This document shows, piece after piece, positions 9,109-17,030 of a stretch of DNA of 52,927 nucleotides (the first letter of the stretch is position 1; every line of letters starts with the position of its first letter). The stretch is from NCBI GenBank assembly GCA_023480825.1, contig JAMCWQ010000034.1:1-52927 (forward strand), in the 5' to 3' direction. Under the pieces are notes generated by a model. The model did no database searches and had not been told where the DNA came from. It saw only the letters and a program-made list of their open reading frames with translations. Both the position numbers and the translations under genes were made by a program. This DNA is from Chloroflexota bacterium (GTDB lineage Bacteria > Chloroflexota > Chloroflexia > JAMCWQ01).

Positions 9109-10326
9109 ATGAGCAGGGTTCTGGAAAACGTCGCCAAAGAAGTGCTACGGGAGCACAGCATTCCTGTCCCGCAGTTCGCGGTTGCTTCCACCCCTCAAGG
9201 AGCTGTCGAGGCTTTCAAGTCAATCGGGCCGCCGGTGGTTCTCAAGGCTCTGGTGCCTGTCGGGAAGCGCGGCAAGGCCGGTGGGGTCCGCTTTGCTTCC
9301 GAGGAGGGCGAGGCGGAGGAACAGGCCCGCGATTTGCTGGGCCGTGAGTTGCGCGGTTTCCCGGTTGACCGGCTGATAGTGGAGCAAAAGCTGGACCTGG
9401 CGAAGGAGCTTTACGCATCCATCACCTTTCATCCCTCCGAGCGGCGCCCGGTTGTGGTAGTGAGCGCTCTCGGCGGCGTGGATATAGAAGAAACGGCTCA
9501 AACCTCTCCGGGCAGCGTGGTCACGGCCACCTTTGATCCATTTGTCGGCCTCCCGGTTTACAAAGCCAGGGAGATGTGGTCGGACGCGGGCCTCTCCGGA
9601 AGTGAGCTGCGAGGGGCAACCGATATTTTGTGGAAGCTGGGCAAGGCCTTTCTGGACCTCGATGCCAAGATCATCGAAGTGAACCCCTTGGGCATTCTTC
9701 AAGATGGAAGCGTGGCGGCGGTGGCGCTGCTGATGGGTGTGGACGACGATGCGCTTTACCGGCATCAGGCGCTATCCGGCAGGGTTCAGGCCGGCAGCGA
9801 CCGTGCCTGGAGACCGCTCACCAAGCTCGAGAAAGAGATGATCGCCGTCGACGAGGCCGATCCCTACCGGGGCACTGCCCGCTACACGGAGATGGATGGA
9901 GGGGATATCGGCTTTCTGTGTGGCGGTGGTGGTGGCAGCCTTCTGATGTTCGACGCCCTCAGCCGCCACGGAGGCCGGCCGGCCAATTACACGGAGTTTG
10001 GCGGCAATCCCCCGGAGCGAAAGGTATATGGACTGACAAAGGGTATCCTCTCCAAGCCAGGCGTTAAAGGGCTGTTTGTGGCGATGAACATCACCAACAA
10101 CACCCAGACCGACGTGGTCTCGGCGGGAATAGTGCGGGCCCTAAACGAGCTAGATATTGACCCCCGGACCTTCCCGGTCACTGTGCGGCTGGCGGGAGTT
10201 AATGAGCCGGAGGCGAAGGCGGTGCTGAGCGCCGCCGGGGTGGAATATCACGGCGACGACATCACCATGGAAGACGCGGCGAGCATGATGGTGAAGAAGA
10301 TGCGGGCCGCCTACCCGGGCTATTAG
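9109..10326 (+). CDS. Succinate--CoA ligase beta-subunit-like ATP-grasp protein (divergent)
   Basis: The N-terminal ATP-grasp region reads ...VVLKALVPVGKRGKAGGVRFA... . The length (405 aa) and pairing with an alpha-like subunit 10 nt downstream fit the family. A GGGGGAG SD is present. Confidence 0.75.
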   Translation: MSRVLENVAKEVLREHSIPVPQFAVASTPQGAVEAFKSIGPPVVLKALVPVGKRGKAGGVRFASEEGEAEEQARDLLGRELRGFPVDRLIVEQKLDLAKELYASITFHPSERRPVVVVSALGGVDIEETAQTSPGSVVTATFDPFVGLPVYKAREMWSDAGLSGSELRGATDILWKLGKAFLDLDAKIIEVNPLGILQDGSVAAVALLMGVDDDALYRHQALSGRVQAGSDRAWRPLTKLEKEMIAVDEADPYRGTARYTEMDGGDIGFLCGGGGGSLLMFDALSRHGGRPANYTEFGGNPPERKVYGLTKGILSKPGVKGLFVAMNITNNTQTDVVSAGIVRALNELDIDPRTFPVTVRLAGVNEPEAKAVLSAAGVEYHGDDITMEDAASMMVKKMRAAYPGY

Positions 10327-10335
10327 GAGGAGAGA

Positions 10336-11232
10336 ATGGCGATCCTTGTCAACAGCCACTCCGGCATACTGATTCAAGGCATCACCGGCCGCGAAGCGTC
10401 GATGGTCACGAAACACTCTCTGGATTATGGAACCCGGATCGTGGCGGGAGTAACCCCCGGAAAGGGCGGAGAGAATGTGTATGGTGTTCCCGTGTTCGAC
10501 ACCATCAAACAGGCGCGCCATGGCAACCACATAGACACGGCGGTGATCTACGTGCCGCCGGCTTTTGTCTATGACGCGGTGCTGGAAGCAGTAGACAATG
10601 AGGTGAAGCTGGTTCTCATCATGACCGAGCGGGTCCCGGTGCATGATGTGGCCAAGCTGATAGCTATGACCCGCCAGCGGGGAGTGACGGTGGTAGGGCC
10701 GAACTCCGTTGGCATAATCAGCCCTGGTGAGCGGGCGAAGCTGGGGGCGATCGGCGGCGACAACCCCGCACGCTGCTTCGTGCCTGGCACGGTGGGGGTC
10801 ATCTCCCGGAGCGGAGGAATGACCGCCGAGTGCGCCTGGATGGTGAAGCGAGCCGGGTACGGGGTATCGACGGCCGTCAGCCTGGGTGGCGACGCGATGG
10901 TCGGATCGACACCCAAGGACTTGCTGAAAATGTTCGAGCAGGACAAGGAGACGCAGGCCGTGGTGATGTGGGGAGAGCCGGGCACTCCTTATGAGGAAGA
11001 GGTCGGTGATTTCATCGCCAACGGTGGTTTCACCAAACCGCTGGTCGCCTTTGTGGCCGGCCGGTTCGTGGAGGACTTGCCGGAAGGCACGGTGTTCGGC
11101 CATGCCGCCTCCATTGTGCAGGGCAAGAGCGGAAGACCTTCCACGAAGATCGCGGCCCTGAAAACCGCCGGGGCGTATGTGCCCGACTCGTTCAACGACA
11201 TCGAGTCAGTCTTGAAGCAAGTGCTCGGTTAG
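10336..11232 (+). CDS. Succinate--CoA ligase alpha-subunit-like protein (divergent)
   Basis: It has the CoA-binding N-terminus ILIQGITGREAS...VAGVTPGKGG, then ...VGPNSVGIISPG...ISRSGGMT.... The phosphohistidine loop reads FGHAASIVQGKSG rather than the canonical GHAGA. Confidence 0.8.
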   Translation: MAILVNSHSGILIQGITGREASMVTKHSLDYGTRIVAGVTPGKGGENVYGVPVFDTIKQARHGNHIDTAVIYVPPAFVYDAVLEAVDNEVKLVLIMTERVPVHDVAKLIAMTRQRGVTVVGPNSVGIISPGERAKLGAIGGDNPARCFVPGTVGVISRSGGMTAECAWMVKRAGYGVSTAVSLGGDAMVGSTPKDLLKMFEQDKETQAVVMWGEPGTPYEEEVGDFIANGGFTKPLVAFVAGRFVEDLPEGTVFGHAASIVQGKSGRPSTKIAALKTAGAYVPDSFNDIESVLKQVLG

Positions 11233-11318
11233 GATGGGAGTTGGCTCTCGTGCCAACTTCCCGCTGAAGAGCGAAAATCGAGGCTGGTTGGCCCAATGGC
11301 CGGCCAGCCATTTGTTGT

Positions 11319-11522
11319 TGTCATTCCGCCTGCCTGCTGCAGGCGGGAAGGAGCGGTGGAATCGGGATGATTCCTGGGCAGACATTAAACAGCGACTGAG
11401 GAATCCGTAACCCGGCAAGGGGCTAAAGCGACCTTGTTAGGGTACGAGGTACGGATTCCTCAGCCCCGCCCAACCGAGGGCCAGCAATTGTCTAAGGGAT
11501 GAGGCGGGGCTTTCGGAATGAC
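11319..11522. mobile_element. MITE-like nested-palindrome repeat with termini TGTCATTCC...GGAATGAC
   Basis: The terminal inverted repeats are GTCATTCCG (11320-11328) and CGGAATGAC (11514-11522). Internal stems are CCGCCTGC/GCAGGCGG, CTGAGGAATCCGTA/TACGGATTCCTCAG (14 bp) and AGCCCCGCC/GGCGGGGCT. It shares its termini and the GAGGAATCCGT/ACGGATTCCTCAG core with 40943-41108. Confidence 0.6.
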
Positions 11523-11532
11523 GGTATTATCT

Positions 11533-11640
11533 TGTAGGTTCGACTTCAGTCGAATGGCCGGCCGCCAGGCCGGCCATCTCTCTTCGGTGTTATAGATGGG
11601 CCGGCTGACGCCGTCCAATGCGAATAAATTCGCACCTACA
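11533..11640. repeat. Second type of composite palindromic element
   Basis: The outer arms are TGTAGGT (11533-11539) and ACCTACA (11634-11640). Inside are hairpins TCGACT-tc-AGTCGA, ATGGCCGGCC-gcca-GGCCGGCCAT (11554-11577) and GCGAAT-aa-ATTCGC. Confidence 0.5.
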
Positions 11641-11967
11641 ATACACTTGCTTGTTTAGTCAAAGTGCATAAGGCCGGCCCGCCTTTCCTTTTATCTTCTG
11701 CCTGCCCAGACCATGAGCGTGCGAACCACGAGCCCGAACCCCAAAGCCAAAGCACCGGAGATCGCCAGAGAAGGTATGGAGAAACCGCTTCCCCCGGCCT
11801 GAGGGAGCGTCGTGCCGGCTGCTCTTACCACTACCTTGGTACCGGCGGATATTCCACTGGCAGACGTGGCGACTCTAGGCTATAATCCTAGTTCAAGGCT
11901 GTGCGGTGGGGTATATCGTATGTCCTACAGTCAGGCTACGGTCACTAATCGAGCGTGGGAGGGTTTG

Positions 11968-12615
11968 ATGCGCGTTTTGGTGCGCTTTTTCGCCATGTAC
12001 CGGGAAATAGTCGGTTCGCCGTCTGTCGAAGTGGAAATCCCTGAGGGATCAACCCCTGAGGACCTTTGGCACAAGTTGTGTGCAGAGTACCCCAGGTTGC
12101 CACAGGGCCGGCCCTGGGTGGCAGTGGCGGTGAACCGGAAGTATATCCCGGGGCAGAGCAGGTTGAATGAGGGCGATGAGGTTGTCTTCATGCCACCGGT
12201 CAGCGGAGGATCAGATATGATCGGCATAACTGACGAGGGGCTGGCTTGCGACGACATGCTGGAGTCGGTTATTGATGATGCCACGGGAGCGGTGGTGGTG
12301 TTTGTCGGCACTGTACGCGGGTTCAGCGGCGATAAGGCGGTGGCGGCGTTGGAGTATGAGGCCTACCGGGAGATGGCGGAACCGAAGATGGCCGAGATCG
12401 CCGGAGAAATACACTCCAAATGGAACGTCCGCAGCGTCGCCATGAAGCACAAGACTGGCCGGATGCAGGTGGGCGAAGTAAGCGTGATCATCGCTGTATC
12501 GGCTTCACACCGGAAGGAGGCGTTTGAGGCCTGCCAATACGCCATTGACCGGCTGAAAGAGATCGTGCCCATCTGGAAGAAGGAAATCGGTCCTGGCGGA
12601 GAGGAATGGCTCTGA
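11968..12615 (+). CDS. Molybdopterin synthase MoaD-MoaE fusion protein
   Basis: Residues 1-81 form a ThiS/MoaD-like module ending ...VVFMPPVSGG, with the Gly-Gly codons at 12205-12210. The rest matches MoaE (...GAVVVFVGTVRG...EYEAYREMAE...VIIAVSASHRKEAFEACQYAIDRLKEIVPIWKKE). ATG 11968 is preceded by GGGAGGG. The longer ORF from 11812 lacks an SD. Confidence 0.82.
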   Translation: MRVLVRFFAMYREIVGSPSVEVEIPEGSTPEDLWHKLCAEYPRLPQGRPWVAVAVNRKYIPGQSRLNEGDEVVFMPPVSGGSDMIGITDEGLACDDMLESVIDDATGAVVVFVGTVRGFSGDKAVAALEYEAYREMAEPKMAEIAGEIHSKWNVRSVAMKHKTGRMQVGEVSVIIAVSASHRKEAFEACQYAIDRLKEIVPIWKKEIGPGGEEWL

Positions 12616-12625
12616 GGCTTTGCTG

Positions 12626-13249
12626 CTACCCGGCCATCCTGGCGCGCCGCTGGAGCAACTGCTGGATTGTGAGCTGGAGGGCCGAATTGAAGACCTCCCC
12701 TATCGAGTCCAGGGCATCATGCCAGTAGTCGACGTATCCGAAAATGAGTGGCTGCGACAGGGTGCAGGCGGAGATAGCAAGTAGGTTTCCGTCTTCGTGC
12801 TGTTCCCTGCGTATTGACATAATCTCGTCGAGATAGATGTTGAAGGTCGTCTTCTCGCCGGCGAACATGAGCCGACCACCGGTAATCGCCAACACACCGG
12901 CGTCATAGAACTTGACTTCATGCCACTTGCGAGCGGAGACCCATTCGGCGGCCGGTCCGTTCACCCTCGATCTTGCTTCCTCTGCCTTGGGTAGGGAGTC
13001 GACAACCGTGTAGAGGCACATGCCTGTGCAGTAGTAGCAGCGCTCGCCGGCGCGCAGGGAAATCGGTAGCCGCAGCTCCCGTGGTAGGGGGATCAGGTTT
13101 CCGGCCTGGATTTCGTGCAGTAGGCCAACAGCGTAGCGGCGCTTGGCCTCCCGTTGCTGCTGCTCGGCTGCTTCCTGAGCCGCCTCACAAGGATCGCAGA
13201 CCGACTTGCCCCATCCCGCCTTATGCCCGCAAATTGTGCATTTCCCCAT
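12626..13249 (-). CDS. Hypothetical protein with an N-terminal zinc ribbon
   Basis: It has CTICGHKAGWGKSVCDPC at the N-terminus and a charged coiled segment. The C-terminal ~100 aa have a beta-rich pattern (GVLAITGGRLMFAGEKTTFNIYLDEIMSI) reminiscent of bacterial PH/GRAM-like domains. Confidence 0.55.
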   Translation of the reverse strand: MGKCTICGHKAGWGKSVCDPCEAAQEAAEQQQREAKRRYAVGLLHEIQAGNLIPLPRELRLPISLRAGERCYYCTGMCLYTVVDSLPKAEEARSRVNGPAAEWVSARKWHEVKFYDAGVLAITGGRLMFAGEKTTFNIYLDEIMSIRREQHEDGNLLAISACTLSQPLIFGYVDYWHDALDSIGEVFNSALQLTIQQLLQRRARMAG

Positions 13250-13869
13250 CTTGCTTCCCAACAACCACTTCTAATGCCAATCTAATACTTGCCGCAGTGC
13301 CGGGCAAGGGGAGAAATACCAGCCGGACATGGGAATATTACCCAGTCCGTAAGCAAGCGAGTGTCGTGCTCGGAGGGGTATGCCACTGGTCTAGGCTCAG
13401 TTAGCGCTTCTCAGGCTTCGCCAGGCATTGACCTGGGTTCCCGATTGTTGCAGGACCTAACAGCAAGTGGTTGGTGCAATCGAGTCCCTCGAGCCCGACT
13501 CCTCCTTAAGCAAGAATTTCGGATCCCATCAAGTGAACTGCGGCATTAGCGTCATGGAGCTGTGCCAACACGATGGCGTGTAGCATGGTGTCGCGGAGGC
13601 AGGGTGGGGATGCTAGATCTAGGCAATAGTGCCTTAACGCGCACATGCTATCTGCGTGTAAGGTCGTATGAATTACTATGGGTTTCGCGCGTGTTCTAGT
13701 GTATACTAAGGGATAGCATAGCAGTTGTAGAAGGCGGATTCCGGGAGAGTCTCTTGGCTCCGTATTTTCAAGCAGCAAATGTGGCTGGACGTTGGTCAAG
13801 TCCTCGTTGCTTTCCATCGCCATTTAATCCGGCAGATTGATTTTCTCAGCGCAAAATGGAGGACCCTTA

Positions 13870-14640
13870 GTGGGTGGAAGGGTATTAAGGAACAAGCCGC
13901 TCGTGGAGGCTGTATTTGAACTGCACTGGGCACTACAGGAGCAACCATCGGGTGGGAAGGTAGACCCGTATTCCAAGATCCTTGTCGGCAGGGTGTACGA
14001 TCTTGTGAAAGACGAATACAGGTTCCACGAGCAGCTTCCGGCTGCTTCGATGCCCGACGAGTTGATCAATTTTGTTCCACAGCATCGATTTAGGGTTGGA
14101 AAGGACCAATGGCCATTGATTCAAATAGGACCTGGTGTCCTTTCTGTTAACGACACTGAGACTTATGGTTGGGAAGATTTCAGTACCCGCATTTCGTCCG
14201 CAGTCAATGTTCTCTGCCAAACATATCCAGATCGCGAGGCGCTGCGGTTCACCGAGTTACAGCTCAGGTATATCGATTCGATCCCATTTGACTATGACGA
14301 GAACAATGTGCTTGACTTTTTGCGGCGCAAAATGAAATTAGTTGTAGAGTTGAGTCCTAGCCTTTTCCAGAATACCGGTGTTGAGAACAAACCACTGGCA
14401 ACCAGCTTCGGGTTCGTGTTTCCTACCAGTGCCCCTGAGGGAGTCATCGAGTTCAGAATCCGAAGTGGAAGCCGTGGTGACGAAACAGCTCTAATATGGG
14501 AGACCCAGATACGTGTGCAAGGCGAAGGTGTGCCCGAGAATGAGAATGGCATTGACGCGTGGGCGAGCGCAGCTCACGAACTTTCAAGCGGCTGGTTTTT
14601 CAAGATTATTGAAGGAGAATTACTGAAGGAGTTCGAGTAA
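13870..14640 (+). CDS. TIGR04255-like uncharacterised protein (gene 1 of a three-gene operon)
   Basis: The ORF is open from 13837. GTG 13870 is preferred because GGAGGA lies 6 nt upstream. The N-terminal signature ...KPLVEAVFELHW... and the length of about 256 aa match my recollection of the sporadically distributed TIGR04255 family. Confidence 0.6.
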   Translation: MGGRVLRNKPLVEAVFELHWALQEQPSGGKVDPYSKILVGRVYDLVKDEYRFHEQLPAASMPDELINFVPQHRFRVGKDQWPLIQIGPGVLSVNDTETYGWEDFSTRISSAVNVLCQTYPDREALRFTELQLRYIDSIPFDYDENNVLDFLRRKMKLVVELSPSLFQNTGVENKPLATSFGFVFPTSAPEGVIEFRIRSGSRGDETALIWETQIRVQGEGVPENENGIDAWASAAHELSSGWFFKIIEGELLKEFE

Positions 14641-15056
14641 TGCCACTTGATACGCGCCAGTACGCGAAGCAGATTCGCCAGTGGCCATATATGTCTCAGT
14701 CTGTGAATACAAACGTAGAGCTAGGCTATTTCCTAGCGGAGACCTTGCCAACTAGCAGCAAGCTTGTCGTCATGTCGGAAAGGGCAGACGAATTTTGGAA
14801 ATGGCACGCCTTCTATGAAGGCCAGTCACTGGCTGAAATGCTTACAGCCGGAACTACCAGCCAAGGAATTGAGCCTACAGAGGGCGTGTGGGACGATCTG
14901 CCAATCCATCACAAGCACGATGACTCCGACATCGAGCAAGAGCTCACTGGCTGTCTCGCTCCTAAGAAGAGCTATAGCGTCGAATTGGAAGTCAAGAGTA
15001 TCACCAAGGGGAAGTTAGCGACATATAACTCCGAGGACTTCAACGAGGAATTGTAG
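14640..15056 (+). CDS. Hypothetical acidic protein (gene 2 of the three-gene operon)
   Basis: Its ATG overlaps the upstream TAA by 1 nt (TAATG, 14638-14642). A GAAGGAG SD lies 8 nt upstream. No recognisable domain. Confidence 0.6.
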   Translation: MPLDTRQYAKQIRQWPYMSQSVNTNVELGYFLAETLPTSSKLVVMSERADEFWKWHAFYEGQSLAEMLTAGTTSQGIEPTEGVWDDLPIHHKHDDSDIEQELTGCLAPKKSYSVELEVKSITKGKLATYNSEDFNEEL

Positions 15057-15583
15057 TGATACGAACTTATCCTTGGTATGATAAGGTGGATAGAGAGCAG
15101 GCTCTAGCTCAAGGCGACGTTATCAAGTCATGTCCAACTGCGGTACCCCGCGTTCTACCTCATGGTGAATCAAAGCTGTCGGCGGACATCTCGGAGTACG
15201 ATGTGATTGTGATGAGTCAGTCCTGCGATCTTGAATTCAAGAAGTTGCGTTTCGTTCTCGTGTGCCCATTGGCGGAGTTGCCCCAGGCAAAGGAGCTTAT
15301 ACCTGAACTGAAGGAAAAAGGCCGATGCGAGTCGGTAAGAAGAGGCAATGTCCCGGGTCTGCACATGCTGAATAAATGTGACATAAAGGGCATGGAAACG
15401 GACTACTTCGTCGTTGATTTCAAGACCGCGCTCAGTGTGCCCTTCGAACTTCTTGAGACGCTGGTTCAAGGAAATCGTCGCACCATGCGTCTGCTCCCTC
15501 CATACAGAGAACAGCTGTCGCAAGCCTTTGCGAGATTTTTCATGAGAGTTGGCCTGCCGGTTGATATCCCAGGCTTTAAGTAG
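15056..15583 (+). CDS. Hypothetical protein with a conserved-looking QSCD motif (gene 3 of the three-gene operon)
   Basis: Its GTG overlaps the upstream TAG by 1 nt (TAGTG, 15054-15058). A GAGGAA SD lies 5 nt upstream. It has the motif YDVIVMSQSCDLEF and a C-terminal ...LLPPYREQLSQAFARFFMRVGLPVDIP. No family recognised. Confidence 0.6.
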   Translation: MIRTYPWYDKVDREQALAQGDVIKSCPTAVPRVLPHGESKLSADISEYDVIVMSQSCDLEFKKLRFVLVCPLAELPQAKELIPELKEKGRCESVRRGNVPGLHMLNKCDIKGMETDYFVVDFKTALSVPFELLETLVQGNRRTMRLLPPYREQLSQAFARFFMRVGLPVDIPGFK

Positions 15584-15856
15584 GCGACCAGCACGAAACT
15601 GTCTGCAACATGAGGCTAGCACTCTATAGGCACGTAGAGGCTCTTGACGCCCGCCCACTCTGTGGCCTGCAAATGGCACGACACGAAGGACCGGATGTTG
15701 ACGCGAAGTTCTATACTCGCGGCTACGGAGTGGACCGGTGCTGACCCATTAGCTTGGCGGGCAGGTGCCCCAACCTCTGGATTCACTTGGTTCAGGCGGG
15801 CGGTCTCGAATCTCAGCATACCGATTCAGGACAACACACCACACAAGGGGGATATC

Positions 15857-16948
15857 ATGGCTGAGAAGACAAAAGCCGGCGTTGGTATCATTGGCTCCCA
15901 GTTCGTTAGCGATCTCCACGCAGAGGCCTTCAGGCACGTTCACAATGCCGAAGTACTAGCGGTCGCTTCTCCCAACGCAGAACATGCCCAAGGGCTGGCC
16001 CAGAGGCACGGGATTCCCAACGTCTTTACCGACTACCACGACATTCTCGGGATGCCGGAGATCGATATAGTGGTTATCGGCATTCCCAATTACCTGCACA
16101 AGCAGGTCTGTGTCGATGCGGCGAGGGCCGGCAAACATGTGATCTGCGAGAAGCCTCTTGCCATGACCCTGGAGGAATGCGATGAGATGATCGCGGAGTG
16201 CCGCACGAACGGAGTGAAGCTGATGTACGCCGAGGAGCTTTGCTTCGCTCCGAAGTACGTGCGGGCCAAGATCATGGCTGATGAGGGAGCCCTTGGGAAG
16301 ATCTACATGCTGCGGCAGAGCGAAAAGCACTTCGGGCCCCACTCCGCCTGGTTCTGGGACGTGAAGCGCTCCGGCGGCGGGTCATTGCTGGACCTGGGTT
16401 GCCATGCCATCGCCTTCATGCGCTGGGTGATGGGCAAGATGCCGGTGAAGAGTGTATCGGCGACACTCGGCACCTATGTGCATGCCGACAAGACTGTCGC
16501 AGACGACAACTCCATTGCCATCCTCACCTTTGAGGATGGCACTGTTGCAGTTGCGGAGGGTAGCTACGACAAGCGCGGCGGCGTGGATGACAAGCTGGAG
16601 ATCTATGGATCGGAGGGGGTGGTCTATGCCGACCTGCTGATGGGCAGCTCTCTGCTGACTTACAGTGAGCATGGCTACTCCTATGCGGTGGAAAAGGCTC
16701 CTACGACGACAGGCTGGACGTTTGCCATGTTCGAGGAAGTATGGAATTATGGCTTCCCCCAGGAGATGCAGCACTTCACCGACTGTGTACTCCAGGACAA
16801 GCAGCCGATGGTGACCGGCGAGGATGGCCGGGTAGTGCTGGAGATCATCTATGCCGCCTACGCCTCGGCCGGCCAGCGGAGGGTAATCGACTTGCCCTTT
16901 TCCGCCAAGGTGAGAAAGCCGATTGATCTTTGGAAGCCCGGTTTGTAA
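15857..16948 (+). CDS. Gfo/Idh/MocA family oxidoreductase
   Basis: It has the N-terminal Rossmann segment VGIIGSQFVSDLHAEAF...VLAVASPN and ...HVICEKPLAMTLEECDEMI.... ATG 15857 is preceded by AAGGGGGA. The ORF-track extension from 15644 has no SD and looks non-coding. Confidence 0.88.
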   Translation: MAEKTKAGVGIIGSQFVSDLHAEAFRHVHNAEVLAVASPNAEHAQGLAQRHGIPNVFTDYHDILGMPEIDIVVIGIPNYLHKQVCVDAARAGKHVICEKPLAMTLEECDEMIAECRTNGVKLMYAEELCFAPKYVRAKIMADEGALGKIYMLRQSEKHFGPHSAWFWDVKRSGGGSLLDLGCHAIAFMRWVMGKMPVKSVSATLGTYVHADKTVADDNSIAILTFEDGTVAVAEGSYDKRGGVDDKLEIYGSEGVVYADLLMGSSLLTYSEHGYSYAVEKAPTTTGWTFAMFEEVWNYGFPQEMQHFTDCVLQDKQPMVTGEDGRVVLEIIYAAYASAGQRRVIDLPFSAKVRKPIDLWKPGL

Positions 16949-17030
16949 GGAGTGGCGGTGCATCATCGGGGCCTATTCCGTGCACTTTATCGAGTATTTT
17001 AGTAACATTAACATGACACCCAAATAGAAT

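Noticed and set aside
10150-11103. 317 aa minus-strand ORF
   Set aside because: It is antisense to the sucD-like gene. The His/Arg-rich product is implausible.
11640-11967. Possible Moco riboswitch upstream of the moaD-moaE fusion
   Set aside because: The predicted leader, downstream of a weak TATAAT at 11881-11886, is only about 75 nt. I could not find the conserved Moco-motif features. An Infernal scan would be needed to be certain.
13506-13823. 105 aa minus-strand ORF divergent from the three-gene operon
   Set aside because: It has no SD, an unusual Cys/His/Leu-rich composition and no motif. It could be a small regulator of the islet, but I cannot support it as a gene.
15644-15856. N-terminal extension of 71 aa on the Gfo/Idh/MocA ORF
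   Set aside because: The Rossmann fold begins right after ATG 15857, which has a good SD. The extension is Trp/Arg/Thr-rich and looks non-coding.
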